A stretch of DNA of 57,114 nucleotides, the filler included, from Sluysia triapertura (lineage: Eukaryota), in NCBI GenBank assembly GCA_046118255.1. It is 4 parts of 4 records of this genome, joined end to end, with 100 filler letters (N's around TTAATTAATTAA, not from the genome) between each part and the next. Parts side by side here need not be neighbours in the genome. Positions count along the whole stretch, not along the records: positions 24,739 to 41,888 come from JBJNIA010191829.1; positions 41,989 to 57,114 come from JBJNIA010238550.1; 2 more parts are not named here. The stretch is one strand, 5' to 3'. The notes below the pieces were generated by a model. It was not told the DNA's origin and did no database searches. It saw only the letters and a list, made by a program, of their open reading frames with translations. A program made the translations under genes and the position numbers. Below are positions 40,247 through 51,659 of this stretch, in pieces (the first letter of the stretch is position 1; each line of letters begins with the position of its first letter).

Positions 40247-41553
40247 ATGAATTTAGATATGTATAACAGACAAAATATTAGGTAATGTTTACTTTACTTA
40301 AGTCAGGCAGTAGCACACATAGCTTTAATGCAAGACAATTATTAAGAAAAATAGGTTTAGCTGACAGAATAGAGCAACCTGAAACATTAATGAAAATTAA
40401 CGTATTATTAGCAGAATTGGTAAATGTATTTATGGGATTGCCTATTACTATAGTAGTAGAAGTTGTAATAGATATCCTTAAAATAAACGATCCATCAATA
40501 AAGGATGTGAAATTATATTTCTTTAATAGATATCTATAACCTAGAGGATATTTAATAGATTACGGTTAGCCCCTTGGTGATCATGATAAAATGATAAAGG
40601 CAGAAATAGTACATGAAAATTCAAATAATGTTGAAAATGAAACAAATAAAAAAGATAATGAATCCCCACGTACGTTACTAAGACAATTAATGGAGAATGA
40701 TGATAAACATGTAGTTGACACTGATGCTGAAGCAGAAAATAATGAGCTAGTTGATATCGATGCTGAAGAAAAAAAAGATGAACCATCTGATTATATAGTA
40801 AAACTTAATAAAAACCCGCATTTAGAAACCGTCGAAAAGGAAACAAAAGAAGACCTGGTCGTCACGAAGAGACGATAATGATATAATAACTGCACCTGTT
40901 GTTAAGAATACGAGTGATTTATCAAAAATAAACTGTGAAAATGATGACGAAATTGAATTAGATATTATGCCTTTTTATCCGAAAAATTTACTAATTTTAC
41001 TAAATGTAGGAAGTTATTGGCGGAAAGCAACAAAGAGTATAAAGTTTCTATAAATAAATTAATAAGAAAGTTTGAAGAAAGATATAAGGATAAAGATGTT
41101 AGTGATTTTATAGAAAACTAACAATATAAGTTGGTAATAAATTGATTAATATAAGTTGATTAATAAAGGATTTGATGAAGAAAAATTGAAAATAATCTTA
41201 ACATACGTTATATACCAATGTAACCAAGAAGAATGGTTACCAAAAATAAAATAAATAAGGTTATAGATTTTGTAATTAAGAAAACTAAATTATGGATTTA
41301 AAATCAAGGAGGTTGGCGCAATATAATAAAAGGAAAAAAGAGTCAAGAAACTGAAGAGTCGACAAATATAATGACACAATTATTCGGCAATAAAGGTAAC
41401 ACATTAAATAAAGTAAATAGGTAATTCGACAAATAATGTGCTGCTTATCATAATACTATTAGCAATGTTTAGCATAAATAGAACTAGTGCAATACAGGCG
41501 TTTGACTGTAGCAAGCCACAAACAACAAATAGGCAGAAAATTTTCATTATTGG
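40247..41553 (+). pseudogene. Virus-like element, copy B: N-terminal domain, acidic linker, Bcl-2-like domain, signal peptide and start of chuvirus-type glycoprotein
   Basis: Homologous to the reverse complement of 31720-32730; LIRKFEERYKDKDVSDF...KGFDEEKLKIILTYVIYQC...VIDFVIKKTKLWI*NQGGWRNII; then NVLLIIILLAMFSINRTSAIQAFDCSKP. Confidence 0.75.
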
Positions 41554-41888
41554 TGTAGTGGTCAACCTCTATAATTCAAGATTAAAATAAACCTTACTAA
41601 AATAACCTTAATCACAACCATACTTTTCAACTATAAACACCACACAATTCATCTCATAAAACAACAATACACAATCATAACACTTTACCAACCTACATTC
41701 ACCAACAAAACAATCTATATCTCAAACATTCACAACTCAATAAACCACTACATTCATTCCAAACAATTCATAACATCCACTCATCAAACACTTCATCAAA
41801 CAAGTCAGAATCATAACACAAATTTCACAAATCACAAATACAATAACATTCAAATGTTCTTATTAACTATTTCAGAAACAAAGATCAT
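41554..41888 (+). mobile_element. LTR-like insertion interrupting copy B glycoprotein
   Basis: Homology to copy A stops at 41553; TGTAGTGGTCAA start resembles TGTGGTGGTCCA at 50562; G-free tract 41581-41803. Confidence 0.5.
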
Positions 41889-41988
41889 NNNNNNNNNNNN
41901 NNNNNNNNNNNNNNNNNNNNNNNNNNNNNNNNTTAATTAATTAANNNNNNNNNNNNNNNNNNNNNNNNNNNNNNNNNNNNNNNNNNNN
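41889..41988. other. Artificial scaffold spacer N44-TTAATTAATTAA-N44
   Basis: Same structure as 13181-13280. Confidence 0.95.
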
Positions 41989-42268
41989 ATACTTTAAAAT
42001 AAAACGAAACACTAACATTAAAGATATAAATATAAAACAAGAATGAGTAAATTACAACAATGTTTTGTAAAATCACTACCTATTTTAGTTTTAACTTGCC
42101 AGAAATGTAAACATAAATTAAGAAAATAACAAAAATAGTATTTATAAATAGAAAAAAATTATTTGATCATTATTATTTCAATTATTTATCACACATTTTA
42201 TTTATTAATAAAAATAAAATAAAATTATTAATTAGTTTTTTAACACATTTTTAAATCAATACATTTAC

Positions 42269-42452
42269 CTTAAAATCCCCAGTCAGCATTACTTTAAACA
42301 CTGGCGAATGATTGGCCAACATTATTTTGTGACTGTAAAACACTTTATCTTTTACTATTAATTTGATATCCCAGAAATCTGACTTAACTAAAAATTTCCA
42401 TTCTTTCGGCAATACCTCGGCTTTGGTATCTTCTTTTAAAGATGTATCTATT
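42269..42452 (-). CDS. Internal exon of a BTB/POZ-domain protein
   Basis: TTTTTCTATAG|...|GTAAAT; SDFWDIKLIVKDKVFYSHKIMLANHSPVFKVMLTGDFK matches the BTB N-terminal consensus (DvxLxV..f.aHK.vLa..SpvF..M...dfkE). Confidence 0.88.
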
Positions 42453-44738
42453 CTATAGAAAAATAAAAAATCAAAAAATAATAAAGTTTAAATTTTAAAC
42501 AAATAATACTAATAATGCAATAACGTAATAATAATTATAATGTAATATAATAGTGATAATATTAATAGAATAATAACAATAATAATTAATAATAATAATA
42601 GTAATAAAATATTATGGCAGTATTAGTGAAGTAATAATAAATATAATACTGATAAAAAAGAAAAATGAAACAATTAGTAGTTTGGTGTAAACCAATCAAA
42701 AGAGTAGTTGTGAGTATAAATACTCAGAACAATAATTCATTATTTACAATTCTATGTGGACAAAAAAGGAATAACTTGTAAACAGTACTATGTAAAGGTA
42801 AGAGGAAACGAAACTTAAATTTTTAATAATATTAATTTTATAATATTAGTTCGTTATTATTAGGTTTCGGTTCAATAGAGGAACAATAATATCAACTTAA
42901 TATGAAAATTTCTACGCCAATTGAGTGAGATGAAAAATTATTTGCTAAAATCAAACATTTTTATTAAGCCAACGTAATAATTTTAAAAAGCAATAATAAT
43001 ATGTAATAACAATAGTAATAATTTCATTATAATAAAGTGAATAGTATTACAATAATAGTATCATTAAATAAATTCATATAACAAAATGTATATTAAAGGC
43101 CTGGGAGATATTGTTAATTGTTTATTTAAGTACAAAGTGTACTCTAAGGTCACTAAATTGAATTAGAGTGCTTATTGTTGCGCATACATTATAAAGCACT
43201 ATAAATAGTACTGCGAATTTTATACAGTTTATATTAATTTTTTAATAATTTATCCTACGATAATTTTGGCAATTCTAGAATAATTTTGATAACTTGTTTT
43301 TCTGTGATAATATGATGCGAATCTTTCGGCACAATACTATTTTAATTTCGACACTACATCGTTTTAATTTTACACGTTAGCGTTTTTATTAATCAGTATT
43401 TGTACGATTAATAACGTACTAGAATCAACTAATATTTTGTACTGACAATTTTAAATAGGTCGTTAAAATTATAAATAAAATTTAAAAGTTTGGATTAAAC
43501 GCTATTTTGAAGTTTAGTCTGTTAATTTTTATTCCTTATTTTATTTTCTTTAAGTGTAGTAACGCTAATTAAATTGTTTGGAAAAAATTAAATTGTATCA
43601 TTTATTTAATTTTGGATGCCATCATTTATAGTAAAATAACACCGTCCATTTTCATGGATTATTTTAAATAAATGCATAAAATAAGGAAAAGTTAATAAAT
43701 TTAATAAATCATTCATAAAGAAATAAATTCTTTATCATTCAATCCACATGCCATTAAAAGCTATCAAAATGAATATTACATTTCATTGGACCTCACTGGT
43801 CCATCAAATGGTGCGTACAGAATTGTACATTCTTGTATGTCAAATTGGAATCTCGGGTTATGATTCCTTTAAAAAATTGGTAACGCAGATGCAAGCATTT
43901 TAACTCTTTTTCCATGTGTGGAATTCCACGAAGAATATTAAGAAACAAATAAGATAATTGTCAAATATCAAATGCCATTTATCTATAAAAATCAGTGAAT
44001 TATTATGTGAATATGAACTATAATATAAATATCGGTGTATTATTATCTTTAAATAAATATCTGTAAATTATAAAAATGTGCACGTGAATATGAACTATAA
44101 TTACAAAAATCAATTTTGTAAATTATTTTAAATAATATTTCATAAAAAAATTATGTAAATAATTTTTATACGAAATTGTGTAATTATATTGTAAACAATT
44201 TTAAAAAAAGATTTGTTTAAAAATATCTCAAGGTCGCGAAACTAACTATAAATATAAATTTCATTATTACATACACAATAGAAAAATACTGATTTGCTCT
44301 CAATATTTTGCTGTTTTGCTTTAATACAAGAAAACAAATTTCAGTGGACAATTTCAGACATTCTGTTTATTGGAACTTCTAGCAAAAATATTTATCGTAT
44401 CGTTATTTTCCTTTTTTATAAGTTTCTAAGAAAACATTTAAAAGGTTTGCTGAGTACAATCGACTTAAAATATTTTTATAATAGATTCGCTATCGTTTAA
44501 ATTGACAGCAAAAATAAAATTTCATTTTTAATTTTAAAATACAAAAGATTTTCTAGTTCAAAGAAAATCTGATAAAGTTTCATATAGTATATTTATAATT
44601 CATTTTTATTATTTACAACGTTTTTAATAAAGCTTCATTTAATTAATTTTGAGAATCTAAACTTTATAACAGAATATTAGAAACGGTTTTCACGGTTGTA
44701 TTTAATTAATAGTAAATTATTTAATAGTAAATTTTATT

Positions 44739-44968
44739 GATTCCATTTAATAAGGAATCAGAGTAAAATTTTAATAAGACATCGGATCTATTTGGTACAG
44801 AACCTAAGTAAAGTAAATACAAAAATTATAATTAAAATTCTAAAGATTCTGGTTCTATTTAATTAAAGAATCAAAGTAAAATATTAAATATAAATTGGTT
44901 CTCTTTTCTAAGAACCTTGGCAAAAGTTCATTTGATTTAGAAATTTTGGTTCTGTTTAATAAGGAATC
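44739..44968. repeat. Array of five imperfect palindromes GGTTCT-N8-10-AGAACC
   Basis: Starts at 44739, 44784, 44851, 44897 and 44948; two alternating variants. Confidence 0.6.
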
Positions 44969-47670
44969 AGACTAAACTCAAGTTAAAATAATCTAAAGAT
45001 TTAATTATTGATTGTTAGGATTATTTAGAGAAAGCTTCTTTAAATCAAACAATAAGTTGAATAAGTAATTAAGAGTTAAAATAATATATTGGATAGACCT
45101 CCATTAACTTCAAATTGTCTTTTCAAAAACTCTACGAACTAACCGTAACACGTAAGACTAGGATCGTATGTGAACTCGCTTAGTAATAAGTATTTTATTG
45201 TAAACCTTAAAAACACTTTAACTTTCACATAATTTAAAGATTATATATTACCATAAACAATAATTAAACTTACTATTGTTTGGAAAGTCAAATATTAAAA
45301 TTATTAATTTATACAATAAATTATTGAAAATTATTGCTGCTAGACCAATGAACAACAAAATTGGGAGGATTTAATTGGACACAAATATGAATTTGTTAAA
45401 ACTCTAATAATAGAAAGTATGTCACTTAAGTTTAATGACCTTTTATATGGAAAAAGTAAAAAGTTTACTCTAAGACCTATGCCAATCATTAGAAGATATT
45501 GAACTATCCTTACAAAATGTCAAAATCCGAAACACCACAGTATAATCGTTTAAGTCTAACGAACAAGATTTAAGGAATTATGATACATATATTTATGTAG
45601 GATTAAATGTAATTTTATCAAGAGTGTGATCTACGTAGTAATCAACAGTAATAGTCAATTACCTAACATTTAAAAACGGCATTAATGAATTGCTTTCATT
45701 TTCTGTCGAATTCGTAATATTCAGCGATATGTTGTTTCAGAAACTAACAACCGACATTTTACAACATATTCATACTTCCTGAATAAGCTTGAATTATTTG
45801 TAATTCATGTTCTTGATCAAAAAACCTGTTTCTGGTTAAACTGACATTTTAATTTGATAATTAATAATAATTAATAATATTATTAATTATATTATCATTA
45901 ATAATTAATTTGATTAACCGAATTTATGAATATAAGATACTTATCATATCTTAAAATTTAAAGTGACATAATAAAGCATTGCAACTTTTGCAAATTTATA
46001 CCATAAATTAAAATAAATATATCTTTGTAAGATAATTTATAACTTTAGATTTATTTTTATAGTTGATCATTTGATTATCTTTACTATCTTTATTCCAATT
46101 TACAACAATCTAAATGAATATATTAAACTTTAGTATTTTTGACTCATATGTCGGTTAACAGAGTTGGAAATGCTAATTTAGTATAAATTCAAGATGCTAC
46201 CCCATATTAGAAATAAATATAAGAGTAAAGTAAATTTGATTAATCAAAACTAATTAAACTGAGAGTTAAATGAAACAAGTTTATCTCTATTTTTAATAGA
46301 TTTTAAATAAATTTGATTTATTTGTTGTGGTTTTTCTTATTCTTAACCTGAGGCGTAACTATAATTTAACTATCTTCTTCCTAATTTATATAGATTAATT
46401 TATAATTTACTTTATCTAAGCTACGTTTATAGATTTATTCTGACAATCTTAACACATGACTTTGTCGAAATTTATTATATTTTTCTCCTAAATTTTCTTT
46501 CTATCAACCAAACAGCAATTAAGAAGCACTGAGATATTGAATAAAATTTTAATAATTAAAAGGTGCTAGACAAGTACAACTAAATATAGAAGAAACAAAT
46601 ATTATTTTAAGATTATATTTTCAAAGCATTATAATTCTAACTACGTACTTTATTCAATTATATCCACCTTGCTAGTTAGTATATATGTCTATTGTATTCG
46701 TTTTTAATGAATATTTCATGTTTTATTGGTATCTGTGTTTAATATTTCCTGGATAATAATTAAACATGATGGAATCCTTATTCTTTCACACTATTTTACT
46801 AGTTTCTGACTTCTATCTTGTTATTTACTTTTGGGAAGTTTTGACCATTTTAAGTTTTAAAATGAATACTCGTGGTTATTTCGATATTTTAAAGATGTTG
46901 TACGGTTCAATACGATTTTATATAATCTTACTTTCAAATCATTTTCAACAATGTATAATTTTATTTTTTATTTTTAACATGCGCAACATAAATAAGTGAT
47001 TTAAATAATGTAATACGAAAGTAATAAAACGATATTTTTATTATCATGAATCGATTTTATAAATCTAAATTGTACATAATCAGACTTTAATGTGGATGTT
47101 AAAAATATACTTTCTCCGAAAAAACTGTTTAGATTGAAAGTAAACAAACATTTTAATCCGATCCTGCTATAATACTGCCTGAAGATGCTAAACATAATAA
47201 AAAGCAAAAGTACAAAAATTGTTACCATTAACATTAGATAAATTTAATAATAATTTAACAATAATAATAGCAAATTTCTAGACAATGTTAAGTTATATAT
47301 TACTTAAAATATGAAATATTTTCAATAAATATTAATCCACTAACCCAGACTGCACACATGCATCCTTTTTGTTAGATTTCATTGAAATAAACTTTAATTG
47401 ATTATATAAACTAATCGATAGTTTTTTGAATTGTTTGAATTACGTACTGTACATACGCTATAGTATATAGCATGTGAATAAAGAATTACTCAAACGTTTG
47501 AAAATTTATAACACACAAATGCACACTGAATGTAAATAAACTACGTTAATTGATCATTTTGATGCACACTAAATCTTTCATCAGTAATACATAAAAGAAG
47601 TTTTTCATTTTTTAACAAAATAACCTTAAGCATAGAAAAATTACTTAAAACTAAATCAATTCATAATCAA

Positions 47671-47801
47671 TGTTGATTTTCAAATTTAACAACCACTCAC
47701 AAATGAAAGCATATGTAGAGATTATCTATTAGGTTGTCATTGTTGATTTTCAAATTTAATAACCACTCATAAATGAAAGCATATGTAGAGATTATCTATT
47801 A
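47671..47801. repeat. 61-bp direct repeat, period 70
   Basis: TGTTGATTTTCAAATTTAAYAACCACTCAYAAATGAAAGCATATGTAGAGATTATCTATTA twice. Confidence 0.9.
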
Positions 47802-48199
47802 TTTAAAGATTATTTGGAGATTACTTATGTAAAATGATATTGTAACATAAGATGTACTTTAAATAAAAAAATCGAAAGGTAATAACTATCAAAAAATTCA
47901 TTTTATTTAATTATAAAAATCAAATACTTCTATAGATTGCTGCCATTTATGTAACGGCTTACCAATTTCATAAAACTGTCTCGCAAAAAATAATTCAGAT
48001 TATTGAAAATATGATAATCAATGGGTAACAAGATTGAAGAATATAAAATAAGAATTCATGATTTTGATTGAGTTACGTAATAGTTAAATTAAAGAACATG
48101 TGATTTATTATTATCATGTATTATTTATGATACATATCTTTATTATTTATGGCTGCTTTGTAGATAATTTTATATATATTTTATTGTGAGGATCTAAAC

Positions 48200-48659
48200 G
48201 GTTATAATATATAATGCTGGTTGTTTGGAAGCTTTTGGGACTCGACTTTACGAAACCACAAAGAGGATCAAAGTCGATTTTCGTACTAAATTCATTTTTC
48301 ATCTAAGTTTCCTGTTAGCTTATAAGTGACACCTGTCGAGATCTCGTCAAAATTATTTTCTTCTCTATATCAACATAATTTCTGGAACTTTGACGACGGT
48401 CCAATTCAATTAGCTTATTTAAATATCAATCACTATTGATCCTAGAAACATCTTGATTACTTGCAAAAGCATTAAATTTCTTAAACCAGCACTCACGAAT
48501 TCTAACGTTAAATGTGCTTTCTCTAAATACATAGTTAATGTATTTTGTAGTTTCTAATGCATCCCGACCGGATTTCCAGATAAACTCATCGAAAATTAAC
48601 GGCTTCATGTCATAAAAAATAAAAATAATAATTTTTTTATTAATGTAAAACTTAGACAT
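48200..48659 (-). mobile_element. mariner transposase remnant
   Basis: LIFDEFIWKSGRDALETTKYINYVF.ESTFNVRIRECWFKKF (Mos1-type HTH) and TGNLDEK*I*YEN (TGDEKW motif), internally deleted. Confidence 0.75.
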
Positions 48660-49019
48660 AAAAAGAAGAGATACTAAAAATGTTAATTTAAATAGTTAAA
48701 AATTAATTACATATTTTTTATACCATTTGAAGATGTAAATGGGATGTTAAAAATACTAAATGTTTATTAAATATTTATTAATCAAAATATTTATTAATTA
48801 AAGGAACATTCATCTTATTCTATACATTATTCCAATTATTAAAAGATGTGTAAATTGATTTATCACCAAGAATACTTTTCTCATTTAAAACACTGTCTTA
48901 AACTTATTCCAGTAAAACCAAGAATTAAAATGAAAAGTAAGCCAAATGAAACGTTGGAAATGTCTGTTAGGTTGTCATCACAACCATCTACAATCATCCA
49001 AAATGTTCTAAAATCATTT

Positions 49020-50510
49020 AAAAGTCTCTTAAAACCTTTAAAATCACTTAAAAAGTATTTATTTTCGAAAAAAGAAAATTAGCTTCTAAAAATAAAAGAG
49101 GCTTCTAGAATGTTCTAGAACATTCCATCGATTCCCATTGGTTGATGACTTGTACATAAACTAGCATCAGTTTAGTTAATCGCCATTTTGTAAATCCACC
49201 ATTTGTATTAGTTGCCATTTGCAATTTTGCAGCGTCATTGTTGTAGGAATTGTGAAATTTTTGTAATTTTTCACAATTTACAGTTAATTCAAAATTTGGA
49301 AAATATCCTCCGAACCACAACTTTAGAAGTTTGGATTATAAAATTAACTTAAATTTTTAATTAATTGTAATTTTTAAGTTCCCGATATATTTAACTCTCT
49401 TGGAACTTTAATCCTTAAAATACCTTTTTATTACTGTCTTCTGCTTTTGTAATTACTATAAGATTGTTTGTGAATAAATGTGATATTTTTATGTCTATTT
49501 AATCATTAAAAGATAAATGATAAGATATTAAAATTTTGAGAAAATTTTATTATTTGAACATTTATTAAAGACCCTAACTGCAGAACATTTATTTTCAGAT
49601 AAAATATTAGCTTATACAGTTACAGAAACTCCCTCTTTACGACATAAAACGTTTACTGTAATCTGATCCTGATCAAAAATATTTTGCCATAGACTCAACA
49701 TAATTAACAAGTAGAAAATTGTTGGAAAAGAACCCTCTCAAATTATCAAATTTCTTAATGAGAATCATTTAAAATCGTCAATTTCCATAAACGAAAATAA
49801 TTTTCGAAAAAATTCCATCAATGTTCATTGGCTGATGACTGGTACATATTTAAGCATCATTTTATAAATAAAACACAAAGTTAATGACAAAAAATTAGTC
49901 ATTCATCATTTTGCTATCTCTTCGATTTAAATTTATTCTTCAAGACACCCGATCAGGTCATTTGTCCAATTCATATTCTGCAACATCTCTAGAACTCTGG
50001 ATTATTATTTACTTCGTTAATGTTTGGTAAGTTATTTTAGTAGGTTCGTTTTTTTCTCACCTCCATTTAATGATGGAAACATTTTACAATCAAAATATTC
50101 AAAATTAAATGTGTTAATTATAAAATATTAATAATTATTATTCTTTACTTTTCTTCTACTATTTTGAGTTTTGTGTTTAATAATAAAAATTAATGTTCTT
50201 TTTTATTAATTGAATTCAGTTTAGTTAGAAAAGAATTAGTGAAATATGTGAAAGATCATAATAATTTTAACAAAAATATAATTTAGAGTATATTACATTG
50301 CTTTATAGTTTTAAGTTTACATGCATAAAAATTAAGAATAATTACTAAAGTAATATATTAATTCAAGTTTTAGCATTAAACACGATTATTTTAGTTACAG
50401 GAACGCCCTCTCTACGTCATAAGTCGTTTACTGCTCAATTTTATTTTGCCGTAGGTTAAGAGTTAAGAAAACCACAGCAGACATTACACATCAGACGGCA
50501 ATACTGGTAA
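49020..50510 (-). repeat. Two adjacent diverged copies of the 11885-12640 repeat family
   Basis: Blocks ATTCCATC.AT..CATTGG.TGATGACT.GTACATA at about 49122 and 49811; AGTTACAG..AC.CCCTCT.TACG.CATAA..CGTTTACTG at about 49618 and 50393. Confidence 0.65.
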
Positions 50511-50561
50511 AACAAAAAATCTGCACGCGTTTATTTCAAAGAGAACTACTTTAAAAATAGT

Positions 50562-51020
50562 TGTGGTGGTCCAGCCCACAACTACGTGCATATCACATAA
50601 ATTACATAAACCTCATCACAAAAAATACATTATAACAAGTCTTGTCCATATCATTCACAACATCAATTATTCATCGTTACAAAATTACAGATGTCTAATA
50701 AAATTTGTTTTATTAACATTTTAGATCAAAACATTAAACACAACACTCGTCATCTTGTCATCATTATGACGCAACATCTTTTTCTTGTGTCTCGCAATTT
50801 TCCATTTTATACTTTTACAATTTATTGTTTGTATTGTTTAAAATCATTATTCGTTATTTTTATTCGCATTGTTTACAAAACTGACTATCCACAAATCGTC
50901 ATATATATATTGTGTTGTTCGTCTTCAAAAAATGACTTTCAATGAAACTCGTTTTTATGCTCGTAAATGTAGAAGTTCCTTTACGATATCAGTTAATAAA
51001 TATATTTATATTATACTACA
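50562..51020 (+). mobile_element. Possible solo LTR
   Basis: TGTGGTG ... AATAAA ... TACTACA termini; C/A-rich 5' half like the one at 41554; no clear TSD. Confidence 0.4.
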
Positions 51021-51539
51021 TTTTATAATTATTTCAATGTCAAATCTTTTATGCAATAATTTCATTTTTAAATAACATTAAATTTAAATTATGCCATATC
51101 AATCACAGAAAAATTCTGATTTCCCAGCTGAAGTATAAATATAAATTTGCAATAAGAATAAAGCACTTGCCAAAATAAGTGTCAAGTGTTGCACCTTCAA
51201 AATTAATAATCAGAAGCGTTTATCATCCAAAATCAAAGACTAACAAGAGGTATTGATTAATGTGCTGTGACTTTTCATTCTATCAAATTTTTAAACGAAA
51301 ATTTAATTTAATTTGTTTTAAAATTATTTCTATTATTATCTTTTTATTACATTTTTATAATATTACATTACTGCATTATTATTATTTTTATTATTATCTT
51401 TTTATCAAATATTATTATTATTTATTATCACTATTGTTATCACTATTATTGTCATTATTATTATATTAGACTACTTACAAAAAGTCAAGGTCAATAAAAA
51501 ATCTATTGTTTATTAATTATATTACATTACATTTGAAAC

Positions 51540-51659
51540 ATATCCCAAGAAGCCATAATGATTGCAGTTGATAACAGTAATTATATGCGAAATGGTTATT
51601 ATAATTCTTCTAAACACCAAGCTCAAATCGAAGCAATTAATTTTTTATGTTATGACTGA
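51540..51659 (+). pseudogene. PSMD4: Proteasome subunit Rpn10/PSMD4 5' fragment
   Basis: (ATA)SQEAIMIAVDNSNYMRNGYYNSSKHQAQIEAINFLCYD* versus [37 protein letters not shown]; ATA at the start position, TGA after 39 codons. Confidence 0.85.

Noticed and set aside
13181-41988. TTAATTAATTAA palindromes centred in N runs as a biological motif
   Set aside because: Identical 44+12+44 layout three times with stops in all frames: an artificial contig spacer. Adjacency across these spacers is unreliable.
44739-44968. CRISPR array
   Set aside because: Eukaryotic context, degenerate repeats, related spacers and no cas genes.
45661-45850. Candidate downstream INTS1 exon
   Set aside because: All minus-strand frames are interrupted and none resembles INTS1.
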